Shown here: positions 42,358-64,000 of the stretch, piece by piece
Numbering within the stretch: the first letter of the stretch is position 1
How the letters are laid out: each line of letters begins with the position of its first letter
NCBI RefSeq assembly: GCF_964355755.1
Contig: NC_092670.1
Coordinates: 21,562,795 to 21,626,794 of the forward strand
Source of the DNA: Antedon mediterranea
Lineage: Eukaryota; Animalia; Echinodermata
Direction of reading: 5' to 3'
DNA: 64,000 nucleotides
The notes under the pieces: model-generated
What the model was told of the DNA's origin: nothing
What the model saw: only the letters and a program-made list of their open reading frames with translations
Database searches by the model: none
Position numbers and translations under genes: made by a program

Positions 42358-42690
42358 TGTATTTTCCTCTTGGTAACATTGGTGTGCTACGAGACTACCA
42401 ACTTGAAGCTGTGTGGGTGGTTAGAAGGAGGAATATTAACCATGAGGCAGGGGGGTTGGCATGATGGAAGTTGGGGAAGCTGGGGAAGCTGTGTCCAGCT
42501 ATAGCCAGTCTATACTTCTCGATGTAATTACCTGTACAGACACTTCTTTGACAACAAATTTAATAGAAAATAGCAAATTTTGATCATCATTTTGGTGTCA
42601 ACAAATAATAAATAATACCTGATTGACATACATACAAACATTCTTTTGTACATTTGATTCAGGTATTTTTTACTCGCTTCTGAATTACTC

Positions 42691-42794
42691 TTAAGCTCTG
42701 TTCTACACTATCATACTTGGTGACATATCACTACCATATTTGGGCACATCACACTTTTGTTGTCAAACTAGTTTAATAGTGTAGACAGAGCTAT
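42691..42794. mobile_element. MITE family A copy (internally deleted)
   Basis: taagctctgttctacactatca ... aatagtgtagacagagcta. Confidence 0.75.
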
Positions 42795-43299
42795 AAACAG
42801 AGTTCAAGATCATGATGTTCCAAAAAGGGATCCATGTTAACATGAGTAATAATGTATACAATGTATAGTTTGAATAAAATATTTAAGATTCAATATTACT
42901 GCCGTTTGTTTGTTATGTCAAAGTCATAATTATCCCAGGAGCAATACCTAAAAAGACCATGTAAGATTCACCATTCTAAATGTGTTGGTGAATGGTCATT
43001 ACTGTACAGCACACTATACAATTTTGGGTTTGGGTTTACACCAGGCATTCTAGAGAAGGATAAAAATAGTCATTAAGAAGTTTCTTTATGCAAATTTTGT
43101 CAGAAAAATTTTTGTCTTGTCATTTGTCGAGTCTTGCTCATCAGCGTCAAAAATATAGTGTACTTTCTACACCATTATTTTCAGCAGCACAGCATGCAAC
43201 TAATGTAACTTCAGATTAAATTTTGTCCTTTTCTGCCATTTCATCTATTTGTCCACAAACTGTCCTTTTAACACAAATCACTCTAGTTATGGCCAACTC

Positions 43300-43457
43300 T
43301 AAGATCAGTTAACACTATCAAACTTTTTGACCAAAAAATGTGAAGTGCCCAAATATGGTAGTGATATCCTTAAATAAGGTAGTGATATGACATCATGTCC
43401 ATATGGGCACATCAAACTTAGTTGTCACTGAGTTTGATAGTGTAGACAGCGCTTAAG
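43300..43457. mobile_element. MITE family A copy
   Basis: acactatcaaact ... agtttgatagtgtagacagcgctta. Confidence 0.75.
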
Positions 43458-44306
43458 ATCAATCAAGCAAGCAACAATATAATTACATACATTTAAAGGT
43501 TATTTAATAATTCTATGATCGACACAAGTTTTGGCTTACAAAAAAAAGTAACATAACTGAGAACACACTGAATATCTTAAAACTTAATTAAAAGTCTGCA
43601 AAGAAATGAATCTTCACAAGCTTAATTTTTCTTAAGTATACAATAAATAATCTTAAGATAAAAAATGAAGCCAAAATGAAGCTAGGAAATCACTACATAA
43701 TATAATAAAACCAGATCATTAACAAATCAATTATATAATATCTGATCTATCCAACTCACAATTGACATTTGAGTCTAATTTTTTATTACTAAACATTTCC
43801 AAATGGAGAGTGCACAAAGGTAACTCCCCATCATATATACAATTTGGTCTTCTATCAACTCCATAGGAAATGTTCTGTACTATGCAATAAATAACTTCAG
43901 ACAAAAGGTGTGTAAAAAACTACTGTATAAAACTGAACAAAAAATTACCTGGGTGCAAATGTTAACATCTAAAAAGATTTTTTATACATTTTTCTAAAAC
44001 TTTCCTCAAAGGTTTGTTGGTATTTGTACAGTAATTCAACACCTTAAAGATCAATACAAAATAGAATTCTTTTTTTCTTTCGGTTGTATGATTTGGCTGT
44101 TTAGAATGATTACCATTTTATTTTTTATTCAAGTTTGGTAAAATTAAATTATTCATTGCCAAAATTCCATTTTTGTTTGAAAAAGTACATTTTTAAAGCA
44201 TACAGTCTGTACTGAAGCAAATGTTAAAACAAGCATCACAAAATGTTGGGTTTGGAGATTTACGCAGGGTGAAGCAGGTCCTTGATAAGGAACATACAAA
44301 GCAGGT

Positions 44307-52213
<7,907 letters not shown>

Positions 52214-54281
52214 ATTTATGTGATTATTCAACACTATTTATTCAAATATTAAACTGTTTTAAACCAGGTATTCTGTCCTAATTTGACGTGATACTTTTGT
52301 TCTCAACCGGTAAATGAGAATTCGTAGAAAAAGAACGTCGTGTGACGAAAAACGACGATCATCAAAGAGATTGACTGTGTACTTCCGCAAAAATATATAT
52401 TATTCCGCACCTTTTCATTTAACAATTCCAAAAAATGTATTCTTTAACAATATAAATTTCCTTTAACATGATTATATTATAACTTTGTTAATTTTTTTAT
52501 TGTTCCTACTTTCTTAAAAATTATTAATAATATTATTAACTTAAATATTAAGAACTATTTTGTTACTAATTGACATTGAAGTGGAGTGTACTAAGTCTTT
52601 AACAATTTTGCCCCCTCTATTGTTTTTGATTTTTTAAATGGTTCCCGCTCGACCGACCGCCGTGAAAATGGTGTGAAGCTGAAGAAAGTCTGACTGGGTG
52701 TGGTGGCACATAATTGCGGGTGGGGTGGTTGTCACTTATCAATAGACATACTTAACACAACGTATTTAATAACTGGAGGAGGCGTTACCGTAAATTAGAA
52801 CGCCGTGATGATGCCTTTTGGTAAAGAGTGCTTCCGAATATTCAGATAGCCTAATATTATTTTTTATACTTTTTATTTAACCTTATGCCTGAACGATTGG
52901 TTTTTTAACGCTGTTTGAAAAAATATAAATGTGCACACCATTAGGAATTTGAATCACGGCTTTTAATTTAAAATAAAGAAAATCATGTTGGTGTCTTTTC
53001 AAAGCACTGAATTATGGCGCATTGTCATGAACACTAGTAATTATCACATATTTGGTTTGAGAAAATGAGTGTTTATGTGGTGGGCAATTTGAAAAAAAAA
53101 ACACTGTTATTTAATTAAGTTAATCCAAGAAAATAATAACAGGTGTCCACCGACACTGTGGAAACTTAATCTTAATGAAACAGTGGGTAGAACAACCCTA
53201 ACTGAAAATATGGATTTATATATTTTAGGTTATTATGTAAAGCCACTGATCGCTTTTTTTAACATAAGTTAAGATTTTACATTATTTGGAAACTAGCCGT
53301 GATCTCGGTAAAATCTGCCTATAATTTAATCCAGTGCGAATGAGGCTTTAAGTATGTAAAAATTCAATAAACTGAGCGCACCACTTGGTCATATCCCCAC
53401 CAGAACATCGTTTGGAATAACACCACAAAAGCATTTTACAACACATTTATTTTTAGCAGAGTTTATTGATTGCAGATTTATATCTACAAATTTACAAAAG
53501 GTTTTTGATAACATTTTCTTCATACAGTAATTATTAATTTCTTTTTTTGTAGAGAATGCAAGAAGCTAGCAGCAGTTATAGTATATAAGGCCGACAGTTT
53601 TGCGACTTTGTAAACTCGACTATAATTTATAGATCCCAGCTGCTGGACCAAAAAAAACGTCTGGGAAAAGCTCCGGTTGAACGATTTTGGATTATCGCCC
53701 TCTTGATTGGTTGACGCGAATCAATAACAGACTGGGAAGAATTTTCGTGAAGTCACGTTGTCTCTCTAGAGGGTATTCAGTTGCATGCCAACAGGTTGAG
53801 GTCACACACACAGCACATTAAGTTCAAAATTGACCATTTTTAAATGGGCACATCTTTTTAATAATTAATCATAAATATATCTGAAGAAAGAACAATGATT
53901 AATTTTAAAATGTCGAGCAGCGTTTGTAAAAAATATTTCTTGTTTTATAGAATCCCAATCAAATTAACGCCTCCCTTGAATAAACTCTTAAAGCTCCTGT
54001 GAGCAATAACGCTGAGGCGTTCAAATAAAATTGAAATTCACGACCTAAAAAATGGTAAACACAAAAAATGCAGGGAGTCTAGTCCGATTTGATAAAAGCG
54101 GGCCGCCGGAAAAAGAGGGAGAGCAAAAAAGAGGGCGGTATTTACTGTCAATTTTACTTCCTGTTTTGGCACGGCAAACACACACACACACGAACGGGCT
54201 CCCTGCTAGAAAAATATGCGTTAGCCTACCCTAGTTTCTCCACCCTACATTTTTTGATTATTTACAGCAAAAACTGCAAAC

Positions 54282-57200
54282 ATGATTAAGAAAGACGCAG
54301 TAAAGAAACACATGAATCGTATGAGGCAGCTCGCCAATCAGAATTTGGGAAGGTAGGTTATGCTTTTATGTAGGTAGGCCTTTTACCTCCAGTCCTGACC
54401 TTAGCTAAACAGTTTAGGTGGCGGACGTTTCTCATCATCAATCAGGCCGGGATATCCCCCACGAGTGTGGTCCGCCGGTACGGTCACAGTACACGAATGT
54501 GTGGTTTGCAATGTTCTCTAGATACTTACTACAGGCAGATACGCCTTTTCTGTCTCTGAAATCGACAATTGAGTCTCACTCGTGAGTGCGTAAATTACAT
54601 TAAAATAACCAAATCATTTAAAATTGTTATTGTTTGTATTTTAATAATACTATTCTTATAGCCAGTAATTGAATACAGTATAATTAATATATCAGTATTT
54701 TCCTGTCATGGATGACATGCATCGATGATATTTAATATTGTAATTTGTTTCAACATCAAACAGTAAAGCCAACAAACACAATATTGTTGGATAAATAATT
54801 CATTTATTGGATCAATATTTACTGCATGAAAACATACATACTGTAATCTGTATTGTCTATTGCATTATTCTATATTTATATTAAGGCCAAAAAAATTGTC
54901 AATTGACCAATTGCATTGATTCTGCCGGAATCCTAACCACTTTGATAAAGATTAGCTATAACACATTCACAACCAAACCTATAAAGTTTCTAAAGCACTT
55001 AAATTTATCTCTAATCAAGGATATACAGTAAATTAGTTTTATTTGTGACAAACTACCTGTGTCCTGACTAGCATATCGTCATGTATTTTATAATATATTG
55101 TTATTTACATTGTAATTAATATCTGCAACAAATGATTCATTCAAATATTTTAACAGTTTTTATTGAGATATTAAATATGAGAAACTTCCTTAATATATAG
55201 AGACAATAATATTGTTATTATTTGAGGGAAATTACAGTATGGTTTCATTTTGTGTGGAAAATGCTACAAAATAACAACAAAAGTGCACAAACAGAAATAT
55301 TAGATTTTCTAATAATTGCAGTATAATACAGAAATTTGAATAAAAGAAAAACAAACAAGGAGGTTATCCACTAAAGTCTCCAAGTAAAGACCATATTATT
55401 CAATAATAAGTAGATAATAGTTACCGGTACCAAACATGACATTATTTAAGTGATTCTATGTTACGACCATTCTGATAAATATTACTATTACTCCTACATT
55501 ACAGTTGTTGTAGGCCTAGTTGTTTTTTTTTTAAAGTGTTCTTGAATTTTGCAATGCTTCCGATATTTATCCCAGTCACACTTCCTTATGGGAAATATGC
55601 CGTTTGGATAATTATTCGAAGGATTTCCTTTTTCACACTGAATGAGGAAAACCCAAATTTGGAAAATTCAATGGAATTTCCTTTTGGATACTGTAAAGTC
55701 TACTCCCTTTAATAAATCTCTTGTCTACTTATTAACAATCAATACCATTGTCAATTTAATTTATACAATCGCTCCAAATAATGTTTTTTATGTTAAAATC
55801 ACTGATTTTTAAAGCGCCATAGCAACAAGTACAGTTATTTTTGTATGTGTATGTAACACCTTATTTATGTCACAAAATATCAGCAAACGAAACATGTAAC
55901 CACTAGTAGCTGACAGGAACGCTAGTAGGCCAAACCTAGTACCATTTTGATTACGATCATTTGGGAAATTACACCTCATGACACATGAATGTAGTTGCTA
56001 TTGAGTAGCAGTACAATTGATACAATTTCTTTGAGACCATTTTTAATACCAGTTGGAGCCATTTTAGTCCGACAAATCAAAAGTTCCCAAATTCTTTTTT
56101 ACCATTAAAAACACACAGACTTTTCGGAAAACCAAGCATTTATTTTAGTCATCCCAAAGGTGTCAGGTGGAGTAGTATTGGGAGAGTTGGGGATAAGTGT
56201 GTATAACTTGTATTATCATTTTATTTAAGATAAAGTGAAAGTATGGATTTATATATAAATCTTTATCAGTATCAGTCACATGAACTTGAACTGTAGTGTG
56301 TGATGTCAATGTCTGCAGTAAATGTTGAAACTATAGACTTTGAAGAAATTAATACGGATGAATGAATAATATGGATTTTTACATGCATCAATGATTTTGG
56401 CAACAATATACCGTTCGATGTCATTCAAAATGCTGAAAGTAATCGCATTTCTCACGCTACCAATTGTGTGACTGATGATAGGCGAATCTATGATTATTTT
56501 TATTGTATTTTAACACTCCTATTTATAATGAGAATCAAAACTTTTGGTTCAATAAGGAATATGAAATTTTCCACCTGTTTTTTGAAGGAGGAGGACAGAT
56601 ACAGTTAGTACAATAAGGGTGGATAGAGGAGATGGAGTGTTGGCTAGCTCCAAAATTTGATAATAATATCAAATGTTTATCTCTGTCAATGTCAGAAAAC
56701 TCTAAATGTGAATTTTAGCAAAGATTTTTAAGAGGTATATGCCCTAAGTACTACTGTACACCTGCTGTATCTGACATAACCTTTTTTAAAGCGTCCCTAC
56801 AGAGTGATATGTATATTAATTATTCATATTATCAATTGACATTAAAATACCATTTTGTCAGTGTACACAGAAAATGGTTGACATTTACTATGCATTGGTT
56901 GATTTTTGACAGTGTATACAAAGATACACACAATTTACCTTACAATGCCATGACCTTAGATCTGATCTTATGTATATTTTTATGTAGTTGACTGGTAGTG
57001 TAGAACATTAACATGCAGTTGTAGCAAACACAAGCTGTTTGAATGCCATCAGTATTTTAATCTGACTGATGACACTTGTGGGTGCAGATGTTTTATTTTT
57101 TTTTTTTAAAGCACAAAAATTCATAGAATAGTTTCACCAAATAAAAACCTTACTTTTTCATTTCAATTTGAATTAGCACACAGTAATAAAGTATTAACTG

Positions 57201-60200
57201 TATAAACTATAAGTTAAATTAAATAATTATACAGCATTATTTAGAGTTGTCAAAAGAGGCCACAAAAATTCATAGAATAGTTTAACCAAATAAAAACCTT
57301 ACTTTTTCAATTTGGATTGGCACACAGTAATAAGGTATTATTGTAAGTTAAATTAAATAATTATACAGCATTATATAGAATTGTAAAAAGTGGTCATGCT
57401 TTACTGTACTGTACAAAATACAATATTTTGTCAAGTTGAGAACCGTGCATCTACTGTATGTATACTATATTTTCCCATATTAACCAGAAACTGGGCATAT
57501 GACAAGGTTTAGATGTTTATAGGAGCAAAAGGGTAGAGAGTCAGGGGCTGGTGGATGGTTATTTGTTTAGTTGTACACTGTCACACAAGCAGTAACATGA
57601 CTATAGGGGGACTATAGAGATGCATTTTTATTTACTGTGTGGTGGTATTAACACTGTTAAATAAATAAATTGGTTTCCTATGGAACATGCCTTATGTTTA
57701 TGATCTGCATACCTCCTACAAGTAGTACTTTCCAATGATACAATTATTCTACGGTTTTATGTAGATTTCTATGTATCATGATCCCTTAAAAGGAATTTCT
57801 ATTGTGTGTAATAGAAAGTGTAACTGCTACTGATTATTTAAACAAAGTTGTTGTTATACAGTAAACCAAAGACTATTCTCAATACATTAATAATATATCT
57901 TGCTGTAAGTCCGTAAATCATTAATGAATCTTGTATATATACTCTAATGTATGGTTTTAAAAGCATTGTGTCCTTTGAAACAGTATGATGAATTGACCAC
58001 TTACTGTATATATTATACACTATAGAGGTAAACTAACTAACTCGGGTCAACTCTAACACAGTCATGCAGAAGGACTACCCCAATATGGCTGCATTATACT
58101 GTACACCCTTACCCACATGTTAAGCATGAACACAAGCATATTTCATTTTGAAAGATATACTAGGTTCTTTATAGTGCACATGAGCTAGATGTGTACACTG
58201 AACCTACGATTTATAGTAAGTCATTTTCCGAGAAGACTCCACCAGAACCAAAAAGCGAGTAAGCAAAGAACACTTGCTAATATTATGACTACGTGCGGTT
58301 CCATTGTCTTAAACAGCTCGGCCACTCACTCACTAACTTTTATTTTTTATAAAAATAATCAATTATATAATTTAATATCGTTTTTTTTCAGAGCTGAAAA
58401 GACAGAAGTCCTCAACGAAGATTTGCAGCATGTAAGTTGACTGGTGTTTACAATTGTTAAATTTCAAACCAAATGAAAACAAATTTATTACACGTTTTAC
58501 AAATGTTATCAGTTGGTTTTATCTATTTATGCTATTTTTATTCATATTGCAGTGTGAAAAGAGAGTAGATCAAATCAAACATGCCTGCCAAAATACAACT
58601 AAGAAGTTGTCGGCATGTTTGCAGAGCCAAGGAATGGATGTTGAAAAACGAATGGTAAGGTCACCATTAGTACTCAGACTCCTGCTGACATTTAACGTCC
58701 TATACTGCCTACCTTTTGTTATTAGCCAATATACAGTAGATCCCCCTATTAAGGGGACACCTTTGGGACCCAACAAAGTTTTTCCTGAGTAGGGATTGGC
58801 CGTAGTGTTAAAACATATCTCCCTCAATTCCTATGCCTCCTGAATAGGGTGTACCATGGGAGATACTATTTTGGTATCAATTTATTCAAAGATCTAATTT
58901 TTACTAATACACCGAAAAAACAGAAAAAAAATAATCAATGATGTAACATACACCTTTAACATAATGGGAAGAAAGAAAATATTATTGAAGTACAAACATG
59001 ATATTTCTCTATGCAATCGCCTCGCCCGTTATTCCAATTTTTTGTTTCCTTCTTTCATTCTTTATTTAAAGCCTTTTAAAAATGTATTCACGCAAACCGA
59101 AAGCTTACGCATATCATATTTCCATCTTCAAAAACTGGCTAATAGTTAGTCCAGATTTAATTGAACCACCTAAAGACTAACCCTTGAATATAGTAGTTCT
59201 TACATAAGGAAATACATTTTATATGTTTAAGCAGTTTGAACAAGGAAGAAGGAGATCACTCACACAGAACACTCACAGGGGATTACAACAGTGTTGTTGT
59301 TATTGTATTTTCAATTATCTAAAAAACATTTCATTGAAAACCACCATTCGTACCACTGTATACATTAAAAATGAAATTTTTTTAAGGATTATTTATTTAG
59401 GCATATTGCCAAGTCTCCAAGTGATAATCCAAGGAGGAAAAAATATTTCAATATTTGAATTTTATAAAATTACCAATAGAAATTACAAAATATAAAAATT
59501 AAGCAATTTTCTCTTGTAATCTTTTATTTCATCATAGAAAAAGCTCCCACATTTTGCCTTAGCACAAACAATGGAAGAAAGTGGAAAGGAGTTGGGAGAA
59601 AACTCTATATTTGGGTAAGCAAACAACACAATAATAATCACTTATTACATTCTATGGTAAAGTTCATTAGTTTTTAGGTTATATCACTAGTTCTATTTTT
59701 ATATACAGTACTGTATTATATGTTTGATTTTTGGATTCTTTTGTAACTTGTAGTTAGCCCTTGGCTACAAACAGTTACAAGTGTGTAATTACAAGGATAT
59801 TTTACAATAAAGGTGATATATATATAATACTATAATGTTTAATACTAAAACATTTTGTGACCTAAAAGTTTTTAGACAGTATCCACAGGGGAACAGAGGC
59901 CAGTGGAGTTGTGGCTTGGTGGTTATGATGCTTGGCTACCACTTCAAGGGTCCTGGGTTCAAGTCCCGTCACATGTCAGGATTTTTTCTAAGGACAAAAT
60001 TACAACTCCACTTTCAAAGACTTGTAATAAGACTTTGTTTATGTAGAGCATCTTGTGTATATGTTTGTCTTGTGAAACTCTGAGGGTCCCTAATGATCAG
60101 CAATTGCTGGATGGATCATCCTCATTAAATATGATAGATGATGATAAAAAAAAAAAAAAAAAAAAAGTGTAGGGGAAAAGCAAATAAGTTAAGCAGCCCT

Positions 60201-63200
60201 GTCATCATGTGATACGCTTAAGCCTGTTTTTCACTAGGCACTTTTATTCATAATCGAAATTTAAAAAATAAATAAAGAGTTGTACTTTTTTTTCTAGGAA
60301 TATGCTCGTACAGGCTTCGGACGTCTCTTCCACATTAGCACTTGAACTTACTAGCTTTGAGACAAGTTTGGAAAAATTTGTTATTGCCCCTTTAAGTGGC
60401 GTACTCGAGGTGAGTGTAACCCTGTCTACAATGTAACAATGTATGAAGTGTACACACACTTTGGTATAAGCCCACCATGGGGTAAAAGCCGACCTCTAAA
60501 TTTGTTAAGATGAAGGTAATGATCAAATACTGTTTATTAGGCCTACCAACCATTTGGTTTTCTCACTCACTCTTAGGTTTTTGAACTTCTCTATATAACA
60601 CACAGTAATCTAAAATTTGCACCAATTTGTATATCTTCAAGAAATATTAAATAATTAATATATGTTATTTATAATTTATTTAAACCTCGCTCAAAGACAA
60701 AAAGATTTCAGGTTGGTCTAATGTGTACAAATAAATTTTTTATAATTTTGCAATTTTACAATTTTCTAATTAAGGGTGCATGCAAGAATATTAAGGGATG
60801 TATTGTATTTTAATTTTGTATACAATGAATTAAATAGAGAGTGAAAATGAAACTGGAATTTGTTGAGAAGATCCTTACTTATTGAAAGTGAGATTTGTTT
60901 GCGAACCATTGCTCGTCCTCTTTATGTCTTTGTTTGTGAAGCTAACAAAGAAAGTATGTCAAAATGACTGCCATTATTCTTTCATGCAATTCTCAGTGAT
61001 TTTGATTAAGGGTATGTTGTCATTAACAAATACATGCTCAAGTTTTTATTAGAAATATTAATGTGTTGTGTGGCGGCTGGCAGGCAAGCATCATGTCAGA
61101 AAATACATTACTATTACATACTTGAGTTCAATTTAATGTTTCAGATCTGACATTCATAACAGTCTGTCTGTCTTTGTCTCTTCGATCTTACAATACATCA
61201 AGATTTTTTAACAAAACATTTTTTTCTATATTTACTTGGTGTTCCTTCGGGCACATCAGCAATTATATTTTATTGCAATTCTTTTAGTCTGAGAAAAAAA
61301 CAATGTTTATTAATCATCTTTGAATTATTTGTTCATTACTTAAAAAAAAGTCTAAGTATATTATTTACTGCTTTATATGTTGTTTTGAATTTTTTTTTGT
61401 AATGTATATACCAACATACAGTACCATGTATTATATTGAAAACATCAAATAAGCTTGTTAAAATCTATTATCTGTATCCTTGATATGGGCGTAAATATTG
61501 AATAGGGTGCCCTCTGTCGCTCTCTATATTTCGCTCAGTTTCTAGGCGCTTAATGTTATTAATTGTTTACTTATATTTATCTAATAGCGCGTGTAAGTTA
61601 ATTTATATACAGTGGTAATAATATATTAAGCTTTACATTGGTGTTCTTTTCTTTTCAGAATGAAATTCCAGCAATTTCAACCGTAAAGAAAAAATTGACC
61701 AAATTAACTCTCGATTTAGACTCTTCAAAAAGCAGGTACTTTCCAGATCAATCATTTTCCTTGATTTTTTTTCCAATTAATTATAAAATTTTGGAATTAA
61801 ATTTCAGTACACCGTTATATTATTGAAAAGATATTTAAGATATGTTTAAAATTGCATTTCTTGTTACATTAATTAGCTTGGGTTCAGTTTGTTTTTGATT
61901 CAATTACGTTGACCTAGATATGATAAGTAAATACAATGATTAGCTTCTTTACTTAGTGCACTCTAATAATAGCGCTGCATAATATACTCAAGAAACTGTG
62001 AAGATTTTACGAACCTTATGAACTTAGCTATACCATTAACCCAGACGAATGGCATTAAATGAGACATTGTGATTGGTCAGCTACAAGGCCGTTATGTTAA
62101 TTCGGAACATTTATTATTGAACATTAGCAGGCATTAATGTTAGCATTGGTTAGCATTTTTATCACTATAGTAGTATTTAATTATTAATCCAAGTTTTAGT
62201 CACTAGTATAATATCATTTCATACACAAACAATCCATAGTGTTCATACTGTATTTGCATACTCTTTTTGATGTTTTAATAACAATAATTACTGCATATTT
62301 TTTAATTTGAACAACCATATTTTATATCCAATATAAAAAAACAATGTCTCTCTTGTATACTCACCTCAGAGACACACAACTAAAATACAAAAACGAATTT
62401 CTATACAATGTGTATGAAAGGAGATGTAATAAAAATAAATAAAATAGTAACTACAAATTCATTTATTGTTAAATTGATCATTATGGTGGTTCCAGGTATC
62501 ACCAGGCAGTAAGAGGTACGCAGTACGGAAAAACAAATTTTGCCGAAATGGCAAGTAAAACGGAGGTTCTAAAAGTAGAGCAAGAAGAATCGCAAAAAAA
62601 AGTAAACCAAACAAGGGACCAACTATCGATGGAGATGATGACGTTAATAACGAAAGAAGGAGAACTGGCAAGGACGCTAATAGATGTAAGTTTACAATTG
62701 AATTTACTGTAGAATAAGCCAAGGGTAAATTAACATTTTGTTTATTATTTTTCAAAGGTTGGTGCACTGATTAAATGGTTTGCAGCAAGTATAATATTGG
62801 GTATGCTGAAACATTATCAAGATCCAAAGCTCCCTATACATACAAACAAATACTTGCAGTTACTGCAGTAATCATTTTTCATTTCAGTACGTAGAATCAC
62901 AAGCGCAGTACCACAGAAACGCGCTGGCAAAACTCGAGAGGATGATTCCAGCAATGAAGCAGATTCTGGAACGTGACGTACTGCAGCCAATATTTGGCTG
63001 CGCTCTAGAGGATCATTTGAAAGTTACAGAACGCGAGATCGCCTTGGTTATTGAGGCATGTGTTATTACGCTTGTGACCTTTGGCCTTGAGGAAGAAGGA
63101 CTGTTCCGGTTGGCAGGTAGTCAATCAAAAATTAAGAAATTAAAAGTAAGTTTCTACCTTTTATGTTGAAAAAAAATACCAAAAAAAGAAATTAAATCAC

Positions 63201-63790
63201 TAATTTTGGTGATTGTAGTAGTGATGAGTATAATTCTATGTTTAATGTTCAACCTTCTGATTTAGACTCAATTGAGACATCATGGCCAGGATTAAATGCA
63301 TTGGATGGCATTGTGGCAATGATATTTAAAAAGTCACATGATGGTAATGTGTTCAAGCCCTACTTTCACTATGGTAGTGGTGTGATGCTTCAATTCCCTA
63401 AAGCTCTGCTCTGTCTACACTATCAAACTAGTTTGACAAAAAAAAGTAAGATGTGCCTAAATATGGTATTGATATGACATGACCATGTCGAAATATGGGC
63501 ATATCACATTTTTTTTTGTCACATAAAATTTGATAGTGTAGACAGGGCTTTAGATATATTAAATACCATACAAAAATGTTAACTGTTCTAGCATCTTACG
63601 GTAGTATAGATGTCCCAGGGAACTGTTTGAGAAGAACATTGGGGATAGAGAATAATTTATGTATGTTGTTGTGGAAGTTGTACAATCTTCTTACTGTCTT
63701 GTTTTTTGGGTTGTTTTTTTCAGGCAATGTTCGATTCTTGGGTAGAGATCGACATGGGAGAATATGAGAAAGACTTGCATACAGTTGCTG
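54282..63790 (+). CDS. BAR-domain Rho GTPase-activating protein (ARHGAP17/ARHGAP44/SH3BP1 family), continues past the window
   Basis: Exons 54282-54352 (MNRMRQLANQNLGR), 58392-58431 (AEKTEVLNEDL), 58553-58654, 59538-59614 (KKLPHFALAQ), 60298-60409, 61659-61735, 62496-62685, 62888-63145 (PIFGCALEDHL...EEGLFRLAG), 63724-63790. Confidence 0.93.
57112..57393 (+). repeat. Local tandem duplication, ~140-150 bp x2
   Basis: cacaaaaattcatagaatagttt...attatacagcattat occurs at 57112 and 57261. Confidence 0.8.
59903..60166 (+). mobile_element. tRNA-derived SINE
   Basis: Pol III A box TGGCTTGGTGG (~59912) and B box GGTTCAAGTCC (~59956), a body, a LINE-like 3' hairpin, then a poly(A) of 21 nt (60146-60166). 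Confidence 0.8.
63400..63552. mobile_element. MITE family A copy
   Basis: gctctgtctacactatcaaacta ... tttgatagtgtagacagggcttta. Confidence 0.8.
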
Positions 63791-64000
63791 GTAAATAAGT
63801 TACATTTTTAATTTAGGAAAGAAAGTTTAAATCAATGAATAAATATCATACTAGAATAAAATATCCTGAAGTAACCAAGTTTTATTTGCTCTACCAATGA
63901 TATCAATCACTGTAACCAGATGATCTAGTATCTCTAGTCACATAAGTTTTAATAGTATCTAAAAATGTAATCCCTCCAATTTTGTTTTTGTAATTAGGAG

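Noticed and set aside
42410-42490. G-quadruplex in the LAMTOR2 3' UTR
   Set aside because: G-runs are irregular with long loops; too weak to support from sequence alone.
59903-59975. tRNA gene
   Set aside because: A and B boxes are present but there is no proper acceptor stem, and the sequence continues into a SINE body with poly(A).

Overview
Eukaryotic, AT-rich, intron-dense animal genomic DNA (an invertebrate, probably a deuterostome such as an echinoderm; this is inference from protein similarity and repeat style). Seven protein-coding genes can be spliced by hand. They are the 3' part of RBBP6 (+), an SLC17/sialin-like transporter (+), an unknown gene (+), ECD/ecdysoneless (-), LAMTOR2 (+), a DDX5/DDX17 (p68) helicase (-), and the 5' part of a BAR-RhoGAP of the ARHGAP17/44/SH3BP1 family (+). 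Mobile DNA includes an open APE-RT LINE ORF2, LINE remnants, a non-autonomous Helitron, a tRNA-derived SINE and many MITEs. The most interesting observations are four. (1) The DDX5-like gene has a tandemly duplicated exon pair separated by only 40 nt, the hallmark of mutually exclusive splicing, plus a candidate poison exon in the ancient DBP2/p68 autoregulatory intron. (2) A ~9 kb foldback-like structure of palindromic ~101-bp satellite arrays in inverted orientation sits inside the ECD-LAMTOR2 head-to-head promoter, bracketed by a perfect 34-bp inverted repeat. (3) Three micro-palindromes with 7-bp target duplications, one with exactly 17+17-nt arms, look like P-superfamily excision footprints. 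(4) A degenerate 2A-like motif precedes the LINE endonuclease. All exon coordinates were read by eye and may be off by a base or two.
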